In this document: piece after piece, positions 37,196-50,915 of the stretch | How the letters are laid out: the number at the start of each line of letters is the position of its first letter | Numbering within the stretch: the stretch's first letter is position 1 | From: Octopus sinensis | Taxonomy: Eukaryota | DNA: 64,000 nt | Direction of reading: 5' to 3' | Assembly (NCBI RefSeq): GCF_006345805.1 | Contig: NC_043013.1 | Coordinates: forward strand, 41,354,001-41,418,000 | Program-made: the position numbers and the translations under genes | The notes under the pieces: generated by a model | Seen by the model: the letters and a program-made list of their open reading frames with translations, nothing else | Database searches by the model: none | What the model was told of the DNA's origin: nothing

Positions 37196-37199
37196 CACA

Positions 37200-37382
37200 T
37201 AATAGATCGCTAGTCACTACACTTCCTTAAATTTCTCTCTTTGTTTCTTTCTCTGTTCCTTTCTGTGGCAGAGCGTAGGCTCAAAACGTTAAAGACTTTT
37301 TCATTTCCCGAGCGTTATACTAATACATCTGTTTGTTGTCTACACCACCTGTCTTTGTCTTATGTTTTTTGTGAATTCTCCC

Positions 37383-37385
<3 letters not shown>
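37200..37385 (+). mobile_element. Family D Penelope-type element (hammerhead remnant 37259-37294), between (TA)n tracts
   Basis: cttt-CTGTGGC-a-GAGC-gtag-GCTC-aAAAC-GTT-aaag. Confidence 0.75.
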
Positions 37386-37435
<50 letters not shown>

Positions 37436-37462
37436 CACATCACACACATATCTCTCTCTTGT

Positions 37463-37512
<50 letters not shown>

Positions 37513-37864
37513 TCTCTGTTTATATATATAAATTGTATCTAGCCCTTGGAAGACGCAACCACACAGGAATAGTTGGGGCTAACAGAGAAGACTAAAACCG
37601 GAATAAAATCCAAACAACGTTCATTTAAACTTCAATGCAGTGTTTTGGCTAACAAAGAAATATTCATTGATTAAAGCTATCGTTGGTATTATTTCTATCT
37701 GTCTCACTCCTTTCACTGTCTCTCTGTCCTTAAAAATTACGTGTAATATTGTCTCTTTAATCTTCCTTTCTCTTTTAGTCCGTCGCTCTGTGCCTGATTT
37801 AGAAGTAAGATTATAATTCGAATATATCTATTGTAATGATATATTGAATAACTGAATATATTAT

Positions 37865-37905
37865 TAACTACCGATGACGCACAAGTACGAAACAGGCTGT
37901 TTATA
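37865..37905 (+). ncRNA. Degenerate hammerhead motif truncated at (TA)n
   Basis: CCGATGA-c-GCAC-aa-GTAC-GAAA-CAG-g-CTG-TT. Palindromic stem III AACAG-g-CTGTT; stem I lost at the microsatellite. Confidence 0.45.
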
Positions 37906-38867
37906 TATATATATATAATATTATATATATATATATTATTATATAATATATATATATATAGATATATAGATATAGATATAGATATAGATATAGATATAAT
38001 GTAGATATAGATATAGATGCATAGATAGGTACACACATAGATATTATAGATATATAGATAGGTACACACATGGAAAGACGTGATTAACTGCAGAGTAAGA
38101 AATATTAAATTAAATTAAAATTAATTGTATCAACATAACACTTTTAACCTCTTGTAAAAATAAAGGAAACAAATATTGTTTCACTTTTTCAGTTGTTTCT
38201 CTCCCTTACAGATATCCAGTCAAATAACTGCTTTTATAATAAATATAAAGAAAATATAAATGTACCAACAATTGGCCGTTACGTGCTGAACAGAGACCAA
38301 TGGTGTATCCCACTTGTATTTGGGGGGAAAAAAACACAAACAACACTACTTGACTGATGACAAGAGAAAAGGCCACAAGCAGAATAACAATAATTTGCAT
38401 ACCACCTACGTGTATACAAAAAACGTAAAGAATGTTTAATTCATGCAGTTTCTGAAGTAAATCTTGTAGAGTCTATGTTAATATATGTTTTATATGCATT
38501 GACTGGATATAAAAATCCTTCGTCAGGATCACATAGTTTCCATTGAACAAAGATGTCTTGCGTTCATAGACAGGAAAAAAATAAAATTAAGCAAACATAT
38601 ATTCCCACCATTGATGGAGGCTAAGATCTTTCATAAGCTATGGCAAATAGGAATTTTAAATAGGAAAAAAATAATAAAATAATAATCCACCTGTTGATTT
38701 ACATACCTGTTCTATTTACAAGTTTAACCTTTCAGATGCGAGACAAAACAAGACCGACCATACCAAGTAGCTACATTGCTCTCATACCCCTCTCCCTCTC
38801 TCTCTCTCTCTCTTTCTCTCTCCTCTCTGTCACTCTCTTTCTCTCTTTTTCTCTCGCTGTCTGTCTG

Positions 38868-38910
<43 letters not shown>

Positions 38911-39268
38911 TTCTCTCAATACGTTCCGTCGCTGTTTCTCTCATGTAGACATACATATATACTCACATACACATATATTTATTTAAATGTATGTATATAG
39001 TACACACATATATATACGTATATATATTCATATTATATATATTTATATGTACGTATGCGTATATGCATATTTATGCATACATATATATTTTATAAATTAT
39101 ATATGTACGTATATTATAAATACATGCATATATATATATATATATATATATGTATACATATATATATGTATGTATGTATATATATATATATATAATATAT
39201 ATACCACATGCATGCATACATACATACATACATACATACATACATACATACATACATACATACATACA

Positions 39269-39300
<32 letters not shown>

Positions 39301-39798
39301 CACATGCGCACGTGAATTAGTATATCAGTCAACCAATCAAATTCTCGTTTGTAGTAGCTTCTTTTATTCTCTGGCTCTCAGAGAAAATATATTTATGTTT
39401 AGCTATGATCGATATTGAAAAAGGAGGCTGAACATGATTTCTACGTAATGCGATTATTTTCTCACCAATCATGCTAATTCTTATTCGGAAAGATATTTTT
39501 GATGTTTCCTTTACTTTAGTTTCTTTTCTAACATATATTTTATTTTATTTTATTTTATATTAGCATATTCCATGGAAATTCTCAATTTGTCTGTAATAGC
39601 ATAGAGATTTGGAGATTGGTGAGAGACAAGAAGAAAGGAGAAAAGCAAAATAAGGAAAAAGGTGTATATATATTTTTTAAAAAATGGATTCTAGTTTTCC
39701 TCGTATATTTTTATGTATATCTTGATTTTAGCACCATAGTAACTACGAAAAGAGTTATATACACTTTCCTATTAAATTTCCCTATTTCTTTATTTCAG

Positions 39799-39929
39799 AA
39801 ATGGTGACTCAGCGGGTCAAACTCTCACGTTAACAAGATTTTAATATGGCTGTAGGCTTTTCTCACTTTGACGCCATTTTGTGGGTTGCTGCCTTGAGTC
39901 CAAATATCTTCAGCCGTACCTACGCAAAG
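39799..39929 (+). CDS. Candidate spliced exon with start codon ([28 protein letters not shown]), unknown gene
   Basis: Long pyrimidine tract ending tttcag (39798); donor aag|gtatga (39930); ATG at 39846 in a good context (aatATGG), in frame to the donor at phase 0. No downstream partner exon identified. Confidence 0.3.
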
Positions 39930-39944
39930 GTATGAGAGAATACG

Positions 39945-39946
39945 CT

Positions 39947-40034
<88 letters not shown>

Positions 40035-40041
40035 GCTATCC

Positions 40042-40115
<74 letters not shown>
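39945..40115. repeat. (TCTA)n microsatellite; also at 5630-5730, 20395-20475 (as GATA), 49990-50165, 50585-50700
   Basis: Direct reading. Confidence 0.95.
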
Positions 40116-40382
40116 GCATATATGTAATATATATATATATATGCGTGTGTATGTGTATACATATATGTATATATATATATAGATATATATGTACATACGC
40201 ACGCAGGTATGTGTGTGTGTGGTTTTCTGTATGCATGAATGTATATTGATATATGTGTATGTATATATAAATAGGTGTGTGTATGTGCTTGAAAGTTTGT
40301 GTATGTGAATCTGTGTTAGTGTGTGAGTGAGTGTATTATCTATACAATGAATATATATACACAAATACATACATATATATAA

Positions 40383-40413
<31 letters not shown>

Positions 40414-40414
40414 A

Positions 40415-40459
<45 letters not shown>

Positions 40460-40571
40460 ATGTTACATATATACATACTTATATATACATATATATACAC
40501 ATACATATATATATATACACAAATATATATATACACATACACATATATATATATATATATGTATATATGTA

Positions 40572-40630
<59 letters not shown>

Positions 40631-41254
40631 TATATATACATACATATACATATACATGTACATATACACGCACACAGACATACATCTCTATATTCCTGAC
40701 AATATTCTCAGTATAGCTGTCGGTAGAGTTTGGATGAGATCGAGAATATAGAGATGTATGTACGTGTGTATGTGCTTTCCCGTATGTGTGTGCTATGTAT
40801 GCATATATATACGCGCGTATGTGTTTGTATGTGTGTATGCATGTGTGTGTGTGCGTGCGAGTTTGTGTGTTCTCAGATTGGTGAATAGTACTTTTGTACG
40901 GGATGCCTCACGGCCGTCTTTGCATTGTGAGACTACGTTCAAAGCTGAAGCATTTACAAACCTCGAAGAAGAAAACCAAGTATTGTGAAGACCGCTTCGA
41001 CTTTCATATACATGTTTAGTCACCATCAAAGGTGTACGACATTTTGCTTGCTAGAAATAGCATTCAAATCCCCTTCCTTCTATTTAACTAGGATACGTTT
41101 GCGCGATTAGACGTAGATAATCATATAGATATGAATATGGATATTCCTTGAAGGAATACTTTTACTGCCCAATCTAAACTGGTCTAGGGCTGAATTACAA
41201 CAACACAAAACCCCAAATAATAGCAACAGCAACAACAGAGATCGTCATAACAAC

Positions 41255-42838
41255 AAATGTAACGTTTCACAGTACGAGTGAGCACAGCTTTGTGTGCCTT
41301 GGGAATGTGATGTGTTTTGATGTGGTGCTCTTATTTTTACTGTACTGAAAGTGTGTTACAGACGATGTGTGCGGTTCTATCTTCTGTATGTCATTTATTT
41401 GTAAGTCCTGGGTTATTGTTATGTATTTTACTGAATGGTTTTTATCATACTAAATGCACCTACAATGATAGAAATTGTTTCTGATTTTAGACTCCGCATT
41501 CGAGTTACCTATATTTCCAGGTATTTGTCTTTTGAAGGCTTCTCCGTTACTTTTACAGAAACATTGTCATCCGTATTCATACTTCCATTACAACGAATTT
41601 TTTTCTTGGTCTATTAGCCTTGATTTCTCTATCTGTATGTATTAACACATCCCAGAGTATGGTTGCTTTCTCCTTTTCTGTGACCTTTTCTGGGGTGTGC
41701 CTACACTTTCTTTTTTGCTGTTGATATCCCATAGTGTTGGCATAGCTTCCAGTGTATATAGGTTCCAAATCTGTCGTCTCTGCGAATATATCCCTTCTAA
41801 GCCAGGACTGGGCAGCTAGAGACAATATGATTTATTGTTTCTTATCCATCACTACATATTCTACAGTTACTTGTATTTCTCTTCATTAAGTGTTTTTGGT
41901 GATTTGTAGCGGGAAAGTTTTGATCTTGTGCTACAATTAAAAATCCTTCAGTCTCTGCTTTAAGTCCTAAGCTTCTCAGCCATTGTTGGGATTTTGCTTA
42001 GTCTATTTCTTTTTTATTTAGCAAAAATTTAGATTCAGATGAATATGGTACTTCAGTTGAGACACCAGAATTTAGTATGGTATTATCCATACAATTTCAA
42101 AGTAAGGTGTAAAATAAAAATAAGCAACAAGGATATCCAGAGGTAATGCAGTACGATCATTTCATGCAACTCCATTTTATTGAACAATGCAATCATTACA
42201 TCAATTTAAAATGCAGAGCAATCTTCAGCTGCACAAAGACATAGAATTTAAGTTAAATTACAACAGATGGACATATTACTATAATTATACCTAAGATCTC
42301 CAAGAAGTTAAGGAAATAGACAAAGACATTCTGTCCCAACTCCAGTTATCCTTGTTGCTTGTTGTAATTCTTTTTTATTTAGTTTAACCCAGTATTTGTC
42401 ATCAAGGGGCTTTTCTTGCCATCGTTTTCTCATGATCCGTTGCTGTTCCAGTTTTACTTTGGACTTCAGTTGTTTTACAGCATTTTTTATTTCCTTCTTT
42501 TTTTTCATAGTTGCTAGGTACTATGATTTCTTTTTTATATTTGTCAGCTTCCTTAAAGATCAGAAACCAAGGTTTTGTTTTGTATCAGTTTTCCACGCTT
42601 CTGAAGTAGGTATTTTTGTAGTCCTGTGGTGGTTATTCTGTAATAGTTTTCTAGCTGTATAAGGCCTCTACCAACTTCGACACGTCGTATGTTTAACCTT
42701 TCTAAGTCTTCTTGTTTTTGAACCTGTGGAAGGCACACTAGATGCTGAAATATCGTTCACTTGATAACAATGGCAGTCTTCTTTTTGTTTTGCTGCTGTG
42801 TACCTACTGGAGTAGTTATCTCAATCCTATAAAAATAT
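41255..42838 (-). mobile_element. Decayed second R4/Dong-like LINE copy, longer 5' extent, interrupted at ~42030-42365
   Basis: The reverse complement aligns with 12050-13000 (KEKATILWDVLIHTDREIKANRP; KSKVKLEQQRIMRKRWQEKPL) and adds ERLNIRRVEVGRGLIQLE (post-RT motif). The 5' end abuts (AAT)n in element orientation. Confidence 0.85.
42147..42233 (-). ncRNA. Type I hammerhead with long stem II, inside a Penelope-like insertion (~42030-42365)
   Basis: Minus strand: TGCAG-CTGAAGA-[~58-nt hairpin: catttt/aaaatg, attga/tcaat]-GAAA-TGATCG-TA|CTGCA. 5-bp stem I; near-palindromic stem III; GUA triplet. Confidence 0.7.
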
Positions 42839-42839
42839 C

Positions 42840-42858
42840 ATTATTATTATTATTATTA

Positions 42859-42922
<64 letters not shown>

Positions 42923-43025
42923 GTTATTGTTATTGTTATTATTATTACTACTACTACTATTGCTGCGGCTGCTGCTGTTGCTACTACTACTACTATTACT
43001 ACTATTGCTGCGGCTGCTGCTGTTG

Positions 43026-43064
<39 letters not shown>

Positions 43065-43082
43065 TTGCTACTACTACTACTA

Positions 43083-43143
<61 letters not shown>

Positions 43144-43157
43144 ACTACTACTACTAC
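42840..43157. repeat. Compound (TAT)n/(TAC)n/(TGC)n microsatellite
   Basis: Direct reading. Confidence 0.95.
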
Positions 43158-43790
43158 GCTGAGTGTATAGTGAAGATCGATGCACCACCTTCCCTTAGCA
43201 GAGAAGGAAAGCAGATCTTTCTCTGCTTAGTGTCTGTGGCAAAAGAGGCTGACAGGTCTGACCCGTCTGAATGATTTGAAGACAAGCACCTTCCTATCTG
43301 GCCTAGCCCTCATCAATTTCTTCAAACATCATTTGAAGAAGAAAGTAGAGCGGGAGGTGCCGCCGTCTAGTGTGCTTATCGAGAGTGGGCCGACAGTGAG
43401 GGTCGACAGTGACAAGACTGGTGAGACTGAATCTATCTACTCTGAATATTCTTTTCTAGACAGGAGGAAAGCAACTGGAAAGAGGGTACTTTTCCATGCT
43501 CTGGAGATGACAGTATAATCCACGATTTTTGTAGGGGCTTTACCCCGGATTACCCAAAGCGGACTTTAGGATCTCCGCTATTGAGGATTCTATTTATTTA
43601 TGATTTATTTCTCCACTTTCTATTATATACCCTCTGTTATATACTTAAGTGTGGTAGCATCCCTCTTTGATCGATGTTAACCCCACATGCTTTTATAATT
43701 TTTGTTGTGTTGTGTTTTTTTTTATGTGCTGTAACTCGTCCTTCGATATTGTCCTCCATATCTTTGGCCCTTGTAGCCAATAAAAGAAAC
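43158..43790 (+). mobile_element. Tx1/L1-like LINE 3' end with 3' UTR
   Basis: AECIVKIDAPPSLSREGKQIFLCLVSVAKE...KTSTFLSGLALINFFKHHLKKKVERE; AATAAA at ~43778 followed by an (ATT)n tail; microsatellites on both sides. Confidence 0.6.
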
Positions 43791-43879
43791 CATTATTATT
43801 ATTATTATTACTATCTTCCCCCGTGCCGTCAGAAACGACGTCTAATTGTAGTATTTTACACAAAAATAAGGTACAAAAT

Positions 43880-44530
43880 AAGGTACGTAATAATCACAGA
43901 TGCAAACATTCATATACATCTCTTGTACACATACATACACACAGAGTTGAAACGCTGTTTGATTTTTCTTTTCAGCGTTCAATGTTCACTATCCCACTTC
44001 CATTGCATACAAACACACACACATATACACGCACACGTACATTCAGATTCACATGACTCCCCTTTGTTTACACACATATATACACTGGAGATTTGAAACC
44101 TTGATTGATTTTTTTCACCGTAGAGCTTCCATCATCCAACCACCAAGTTTGCCATCACCCTTTCCTTCCATATTCATCTATCACCCTTCCTTTCTCATTC
44201 ATATGTTGTGACGGAGAAATATACAAGAATATTATTATAGTAGAAGATATGGATGGTAAATCAAATTAATACACTTATCAATGTTCACATACATTCACAT
44301 ACTTCCCTTCTACATGCACACACATATACTCAGTTGAAATGCTGTTTTATTTTTATTTTCAGCGTTGAACGTTCACCCACCCATTTCCATTGCACACACG
44401 CACATACACACAAATATTCACATACCTCCCTTTTACACACATTTTTCTCACCCCTTCCTTCGTATTCATCTATCACCCCTTCCTTTCTCATTCATATGTT
44501 GTGATGAAGAAAAACAGAAGATACACGATG
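43880..44530. repeat. Old imperfect tandem duplication (~380-bp period)
   Basis: gttgaaa(c/t)gctgttt...ttttcagcgtt...tattcatctatcaccc..cctttctcattcatatgttgtga at ~43945-44215 and ~44332-44505. Confidence 0.75.
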
Positions 44531-44998
44531 CGCTCTTTGTCACTTCGTTTCTCTTATTGCTACTACTTTCCCTCATTCTCTCTCAGCCAGGGCTATTACT
44601 CTCACTACTTCTCCTTCACTGAATTACTATTTTCTCCCCTCTCCCTTCACTTATACTACTCTTTCTCCTACTCCATCCTATTACTACTCCGTGATTTTGG
44701 ACAAATATATATATATACAAACAAAAAATTTTATAATTATGAGTATAATTATAATTAGGGTTCAGCAAAAAATTTGTTTCACCACATACCGCCTTTTTTA
44801 AAGTTTACCGGTAAATGGTTCATTTAACATACCGAACTACTTGGTAAAGTTATTAATTATTATTCAATCAATTAATTTTACCCTTTATTATTATTGATTA
44901 TATATACAAATATATAAAAACACCACGCTCATTATTATTATTATATTATTATTATTATTATTATTATTATTAGTAGTAGTAGTAGTAGTAGTAGTAGC

Positions 44999-45034
<36 letters not shown>

Positions 45035-45337
45035 TTCGTACTTATTCCGTTGGGAACCTCCTGCCGAACCGCTAAGTTACGGAGATTTAAACTCACCAGT
45101 ACCAGTTTCTAAGTGATGTGGCAAATGAGTAACATAGACACAAAGAAAGACACACAGACACACTGACATATTTGTACACATCTACACACATACACACTCG
45201 CACTAATACACACGTGCACACAAGCATATACACGGAAACTAGAAGGGCCCTCGTTTTGTGTGTGTGTATATATATATTCATATATATATATATGTGTGTG
45301 TGTATATATATATATATTATATATATATATATATATA

Positions 45338-45551
45338 TAACAATTGCAGCGTGGGAGGTGTTTGTAAGCCATTTAAGAAACACACAAAAGCCGTTCGATT
45401 CACTTCAACATTTAAGTTTAATTTGTCAAAATATTTTCGTCGCTAGAATCCGCGACCTGTTCACTGCACGGATTTTTGTCAAATCCGTGAATCGAACGGC
45501 TTTTGTGTGTTTCTTAAATGGCTTACAAACACCTTCCACGCTGCAATTGTT
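45338..45551. mobile_element. Foldback element with 65-bp near-perfect inverted arms
   Basis: 45338-45402 is the reverse complement of 45487-45551 (1 mismatch). The loop holds a hammerhead-like motif on the minus strand and a 9-bp hairpin. Confidence 0.85.
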
Positions 45552-45626
45552 TTCGTTCCAGCACATGATCTCAGATCAAATCACTTGCTATGCGAGTACA
45601 TCTCCGTAATATATATATATACATAC

Positions 45627-45713
<87 letters not shown>

Positions 45714-46337
45714 GATTCCTTCTTTCTCTCTCTTCTCTCCCCTTGTTGCGTTTGTCCCTCCTCTCTCTCTCTCTTCTCTCTCTCTCTCTTCCTTCCTTTG
45801 CTTCTCTTTCTTTTCTTTTCTCTCTTCTCTGTCACGTGACCGCTGGCCGAAATCTGCCTCTCAGCTTCCCACCAGCGACGTGTTAACATCGTTGTTTTTC
45901 GTCCGCCGCCAAGGCATCGCCGATAAGGCTCCTTTCCAATGCGCCAGAGAAAATTTGTTTGCTTGTTATCAGTCGTAAGACACTTGTTGTTTTCACCGTT
46001 AATGCTTCTGTATTTCATGTTTCTGTATTCCATTATTGTTTTTTGCCTTTTATATTCGTCCCTTTTGCTGTCCCGGTGTTCGTATGCATTCGATCCTTCT
46101 TCCAGGAAATCTACGCTCCCAGCTTAGTTTTTCTAATGCTCGTTGCTTAGTTTTTCTTGGAGGGCTGGCCGTGATCTAGTAATCTCAAGATTAATCAGCC
46201 GAAATTACTACGATGATCCGGTTCTTTACTGAAGACTGAGGGTTTCGAATGTCCTGTCCGTGTTTATTGTATCGTCTTCTAAGAGTTATACGTTCTTGTC
46301 CATGTTGTATTTTTCTACATACCTTAATATATATATA

Positions 46338-46374
<37 letters not shown>

Positions 46375-46376
<2 letters not shown>

Positions 46377-46470
46377 ACTGTCTTCTTTTAGTTTCCGTCT
46401 ACGAAATCCACTCACAAGGCTTTGGGCGGTCCTAGACTGCTGCACAAGACACTTGTTCAACGTGCCACAC
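46375..46470 (-). mobile_element. Family A SINE fragment
   Basis: tttccgtctacgaaatccactcacaaggctttgg...gacacttg. Confidence 0.65.
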
Positions 46471-47220
46471 AGCTAAATATGTCAAGTCTGACAACGTAGA
46501 GATAATTTTGCGCCGTTCACGTCCATTTCAAGAACTATGATCACAAAGATTCCAGTTGTGTCCATCCTACCTTCTGAGGGATGTGGAAGCCATCTAGAAA
46601 CACTATGTCTAATGTGTCCTTCCTCCACGGAGATTTAGCTGCTATTTTTACAAGGTTGAACAGCTACGTAGGACAACAAACCTATAATCGTCAGAAGCAG
46701 TTTTTGGTAAACATGACAGCAGTGGAGGAATAAAAGCTTCCCGAAAATAGCGCTTATTCCTGGTACTTTAACGCCCTCTCACATATAGGCTTTGGCACAG
46801 ATATTTAATACATCCATTCTTCGTTTGTCCGTCTTAGGCACCAAATGGAATGGTAAATACAGTCGATGGGGCATGTTGATTTGAAGACTGTCAACTGGAG
46901 TGGTAGAAATCAGATACACAAACATTTCTCATTCCAAACACGCAAGCACACACAGACACACAGGCACATACACGCATACACGCAAACGTACATACACACA
47001 CATTCGTACAGAGATATGCACGTAGGCGTACTCAGAGTCATTTGTAGACGTGTTTAGATATGTGCAATTATGTTTGTAGTTTGAGATATGGGAGCATTTA
47101 AGGATAAACGTAAGTATTCAGTTACACACAAAAGCACACACGCACACACACACTTACAAACCACTACACACATAACTACAAATTCAACCACCCAGATATC
47201 ATATCCATAGCTATATTTCA

Positions 47221-47254
<34 letters not shown>

Positions 47255-48315
47255 ATGAATATTATACATATATACGTATGTGTGTACAAACATATATATA
47301 TATACATACATGTATATATGTACATACATATATATATGTACATACATATATATATGTACATACATACACACATATATATATATACATATATAAATATACG
47401 TATAAATATATATACATATATATACATATATATATACATACATGTATATATGTACATACATATATATATGTACATACATACACACATATATATATATACA
47501 TATATAGATATATATGCACATATACGCCTATACACATTTATATGAATGCATTTCATGGATGCATACGCATGTTTACATACATATACGTCTGTGTGTATCT
47601 ATATACGCGTGTGTGTCTCTGTGTGTGCGTGTGAGTGCGCGTGTGTATGATTACGAATGTACAAGTACATTTATATATATCGGCATATGCTTTCTCCACC
47701 ACTTTCACTTCAGGCATACACTCACACACACACACATATATATATAGCGTATGTACATAACTTTGTGTGTATGTGCGTGTATGTGCATATGTGTATTTCG
47801 ATACCCACCGGACGTTACTGAATTATTCCTGGAATTATATGTATATCAGATAATATTAAATTACACGCACAAAAATATATATCTTAATTTGTAGAATGTA
47901 AAGGAGAGAATGACTAAAAGACAGATAGGAGATATACAAACAAAAACAGGGTGTACGCATGCGTGTGCATGCGTGTGCATGTGCGTGCGTGAGTGCGTGC
48001 GTGAGTGCGTGCGTGAGTGCGTGCATGCGCGCGCGTATTTATGTATGTTTGTCAGCGATGGAATTTGAGAGCGCGAGTTTCATAGTTATTGGGATATAAA
48101 AGTGATATAGACAGAGTGATACTGGAAAAGGGAAGGGGAGAGTCGTCGCTATATTTTATATTTTTATGTAAATTTCTATAATCTGATATACATATGTAAA
48201 CAAATACAATTATTTCCAATTCTCTTTGTTTACATAAGGAACAGCACACACCCCCACTTCTTCATCACATACATATATACACACATATCTATATTTATAG
48301 CTAATATAGATATGT

Positions 48316-48360
<45 letters not shown>

Positions 48361-49080
48361 CACACACACACAGACACGTATAATATTTGTATGCTTGTAT
48401 GTATGCATGTATGTAAGTATGCATGTATATGTATATATATATGTTTGTGCACGTGTGTATGTTGTTATGAGTGTAGGCGAACACACTCACACAAACAGAC
48501 ACATACACACACATACATGCACACACGTATATATATACATATATATATGTATGCATATATATATACATATATATATACATATATATACATATATATATAT
48601 ATGTGTGTGTATGTATATATATGCATATACATACATACTCATATGCATGCATACATACAAACATACAAATATTATATGTGCCTGTGTGTCTCTCTCTATT
48701 ATATGTGCCTGCGTGTCTCTCTCTCTGTCCCCCTCTCTCTCTATATATATATATGTACGTGTATGTATGTATGTATGTATGTATGTATGTATGTATGTAT
48801 GTATGTATGCATGGACTGATATATTCATATTTTAGCAAAAACGAATCTCAGTATTATCACATGTACGCCCACACATATATATGGATATATACTTAGAGAG
48901 AGAGAGAGAGGGAGAGAGAGAGACTTAGAGGGAGACAAACAGAGACAAATAAAGAAAGGGAGAGAGAGATCGGGAGGGAGGGAGATTGAGAGTGGGAATA
49001 AAATGGCAATGGGGCAAAACTGTTGCTTTATATATACTCTGTGCATACATGCATGCATCCACACATAAACACACACTAAT

Positions 49081-49124
<44 letters not shown>

Positions 49125-49461
49125 CGTGGCACTCCGTCGGTTACGACGACGAGGGTTCCAATTGTAACGGGCAAATAGCTGAGCATTCCACAGACTCGCG
49201 TACCCTTAACGTAGTTCTTGGGGAGTTTCAGCGTGTGACACGGCTGGCCATTTGATTTACTGGTACAACAGAAAGAGGAAGAAAGGGTGAGAAACAGCTG
49301 TGATGACAGAGAACAGCAGGGTTAAGCACAACCCCCTGCCAGAGCCTCGTGGAGCTTTAGGTGTTTTCGCTCAATAAACACTCACAACGCCCTGTCTAGT
49401 AATCGAAACAGCGGTCCTATGACCGCGAGTCTGCTTCCCTAACCACTGGGTCATTGCGCCT

Positions 49462-49462
<1 letters not shown>
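49125..49462 (-). mobile_element. Family C variant SINE
   Basis: Homologous to 27693-28046. Confidence 0.8.
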
Positions 49463-49497
<35 letters not shown>

Positions 49498-49514
49498 AAA
49501 CAGATTACATAATA

Positions 49515-49717
49515 GGCGTAGGAGCGGCTGTGTGGTAAGTAGCTTGCTTACCAACCACATGGTTCCGGTTTCAGTCCCACTGCGTGACACCTTGCGCAAG
49601 TATCTTCTACTATAACCTCGAGCTGACCAAAGCCTTGTGAGTGGATTTGGTAGTCGGAAACTGAAAGAAGCCCATCGTATAAATATATAAACATATATAT
49701 ATATATATATGTGTTTG

Positions 49718-49752
<35 letters not shown>

Positions 49753-49978
49753 GTTTGTGTGTATGTGTGTATGCCTGTGTTTGTCCCCCCAACATTGCTT
49801 GACAACCGATGCTGGTGTGTTTATGTCCCCGTAACTTAGCGGTTCGGCATAAGAGACCGATAGAATAAGTACTAGGCTTACAAAGAATAATTCCTGGGGT
49901 CGATTTGCTCGACTAAAGGCGGTGCTCCAGCATGGCCGCAGTCAAATGTCTGAAACAAGTAAAAGAGTAAAAGAGTAA
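49515..49978 (+). mobile_element. Full-length family A SINE with internal microsatellite
   Basis: ggcgtaggagcggctgtgtggtaag head, central (TA)/(TG)n, agtaaaagagtaaaagagta tail. Confidence 0.9.
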
Positions 49979-49990
49979 TTGAGTATATTG

Positions 49991-50040
<50 letters not shown>

Positions 50041-50041
50041 C

Positions 50042-50080
<39 letters not shown>

Positions 50081-50081
50081 C

Positions 50082-50133
<52 letters not shown>

Positions 50134-50587
50134 GTCTATCTATCTGTCTGTCTGTTTATCTATCTATCGAAAGATAGAATGCAAGGTACATACAAACATC
50201 ACTGGTATATACCGAATATTCTTTATGATTGTGACATTAACAATTTACTTAACAAGAAACTTTAAATCTCATTGAAAACGAGAACGTATAAATTAGTATC
50301 ATATAATAACTCTAAGTGAAAATTAATACGCGCTTATATACATCTCTTTAGCACCTACTTCCATCTATGTTTATTTATACATAACGAATATGACAGGCTT
50401 TTATTTCGCTGGGCGGCTCCTTGCGACTTAAGCGACTGTTTAATCACTGTCCCCATATAGTGTTGGGGACAAATTTCGTCTAAGCATGCTGGCTGTGACT
50501 ACACACTATTGTAAAACTTCCACCGACACAGAAATGCACATGGCGTTCACACTAACAGATGCTGGAACGAATTCTTTCTCCCTCCGA

Positions 50588-50656
<69 letters not shown>

Positions 50657-50667
50657 GTCTGTCTGTA

Positions 50668-50699
<32 letters not shown>

Positions 50700-50700
<1 letters not shown>

Positions 50701-50915
50701 GAGCTAGCAGAAACCTTAGCACGCCGGGCGAAATGCGTAGCCGTATTTCGTTTGTCTTTACGTTCCGAGTTCAAATTCCGCCGAGGTCAACTTTGCCTTT
50801 CATCCTTTCGGGGTCGATAAATTAAGTAACAGTTACGCACTGTGGTCGATATAATAGACTTAATCCCTTTGTCTGTCCTTGTTTGTCCCCTCTGTGTTTG
50901 GCCCCTTGTGGGTAG
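50700..50915 (+). mobile_element. Family B SINE
   Basis: gagctagcagaaaccttagcacgccgggcg...ccgagttcaaattccgccgagg. Confidence 0.85.

Noticed and set aside
43955-44370. Duplicated strong acceptor-like sites (ttttcttttcag|cgtt) in the 43.9-44.5-kb duplication
   Set aside because: The downstream sequence runs into CA repeats with no donor and no coherent frame.
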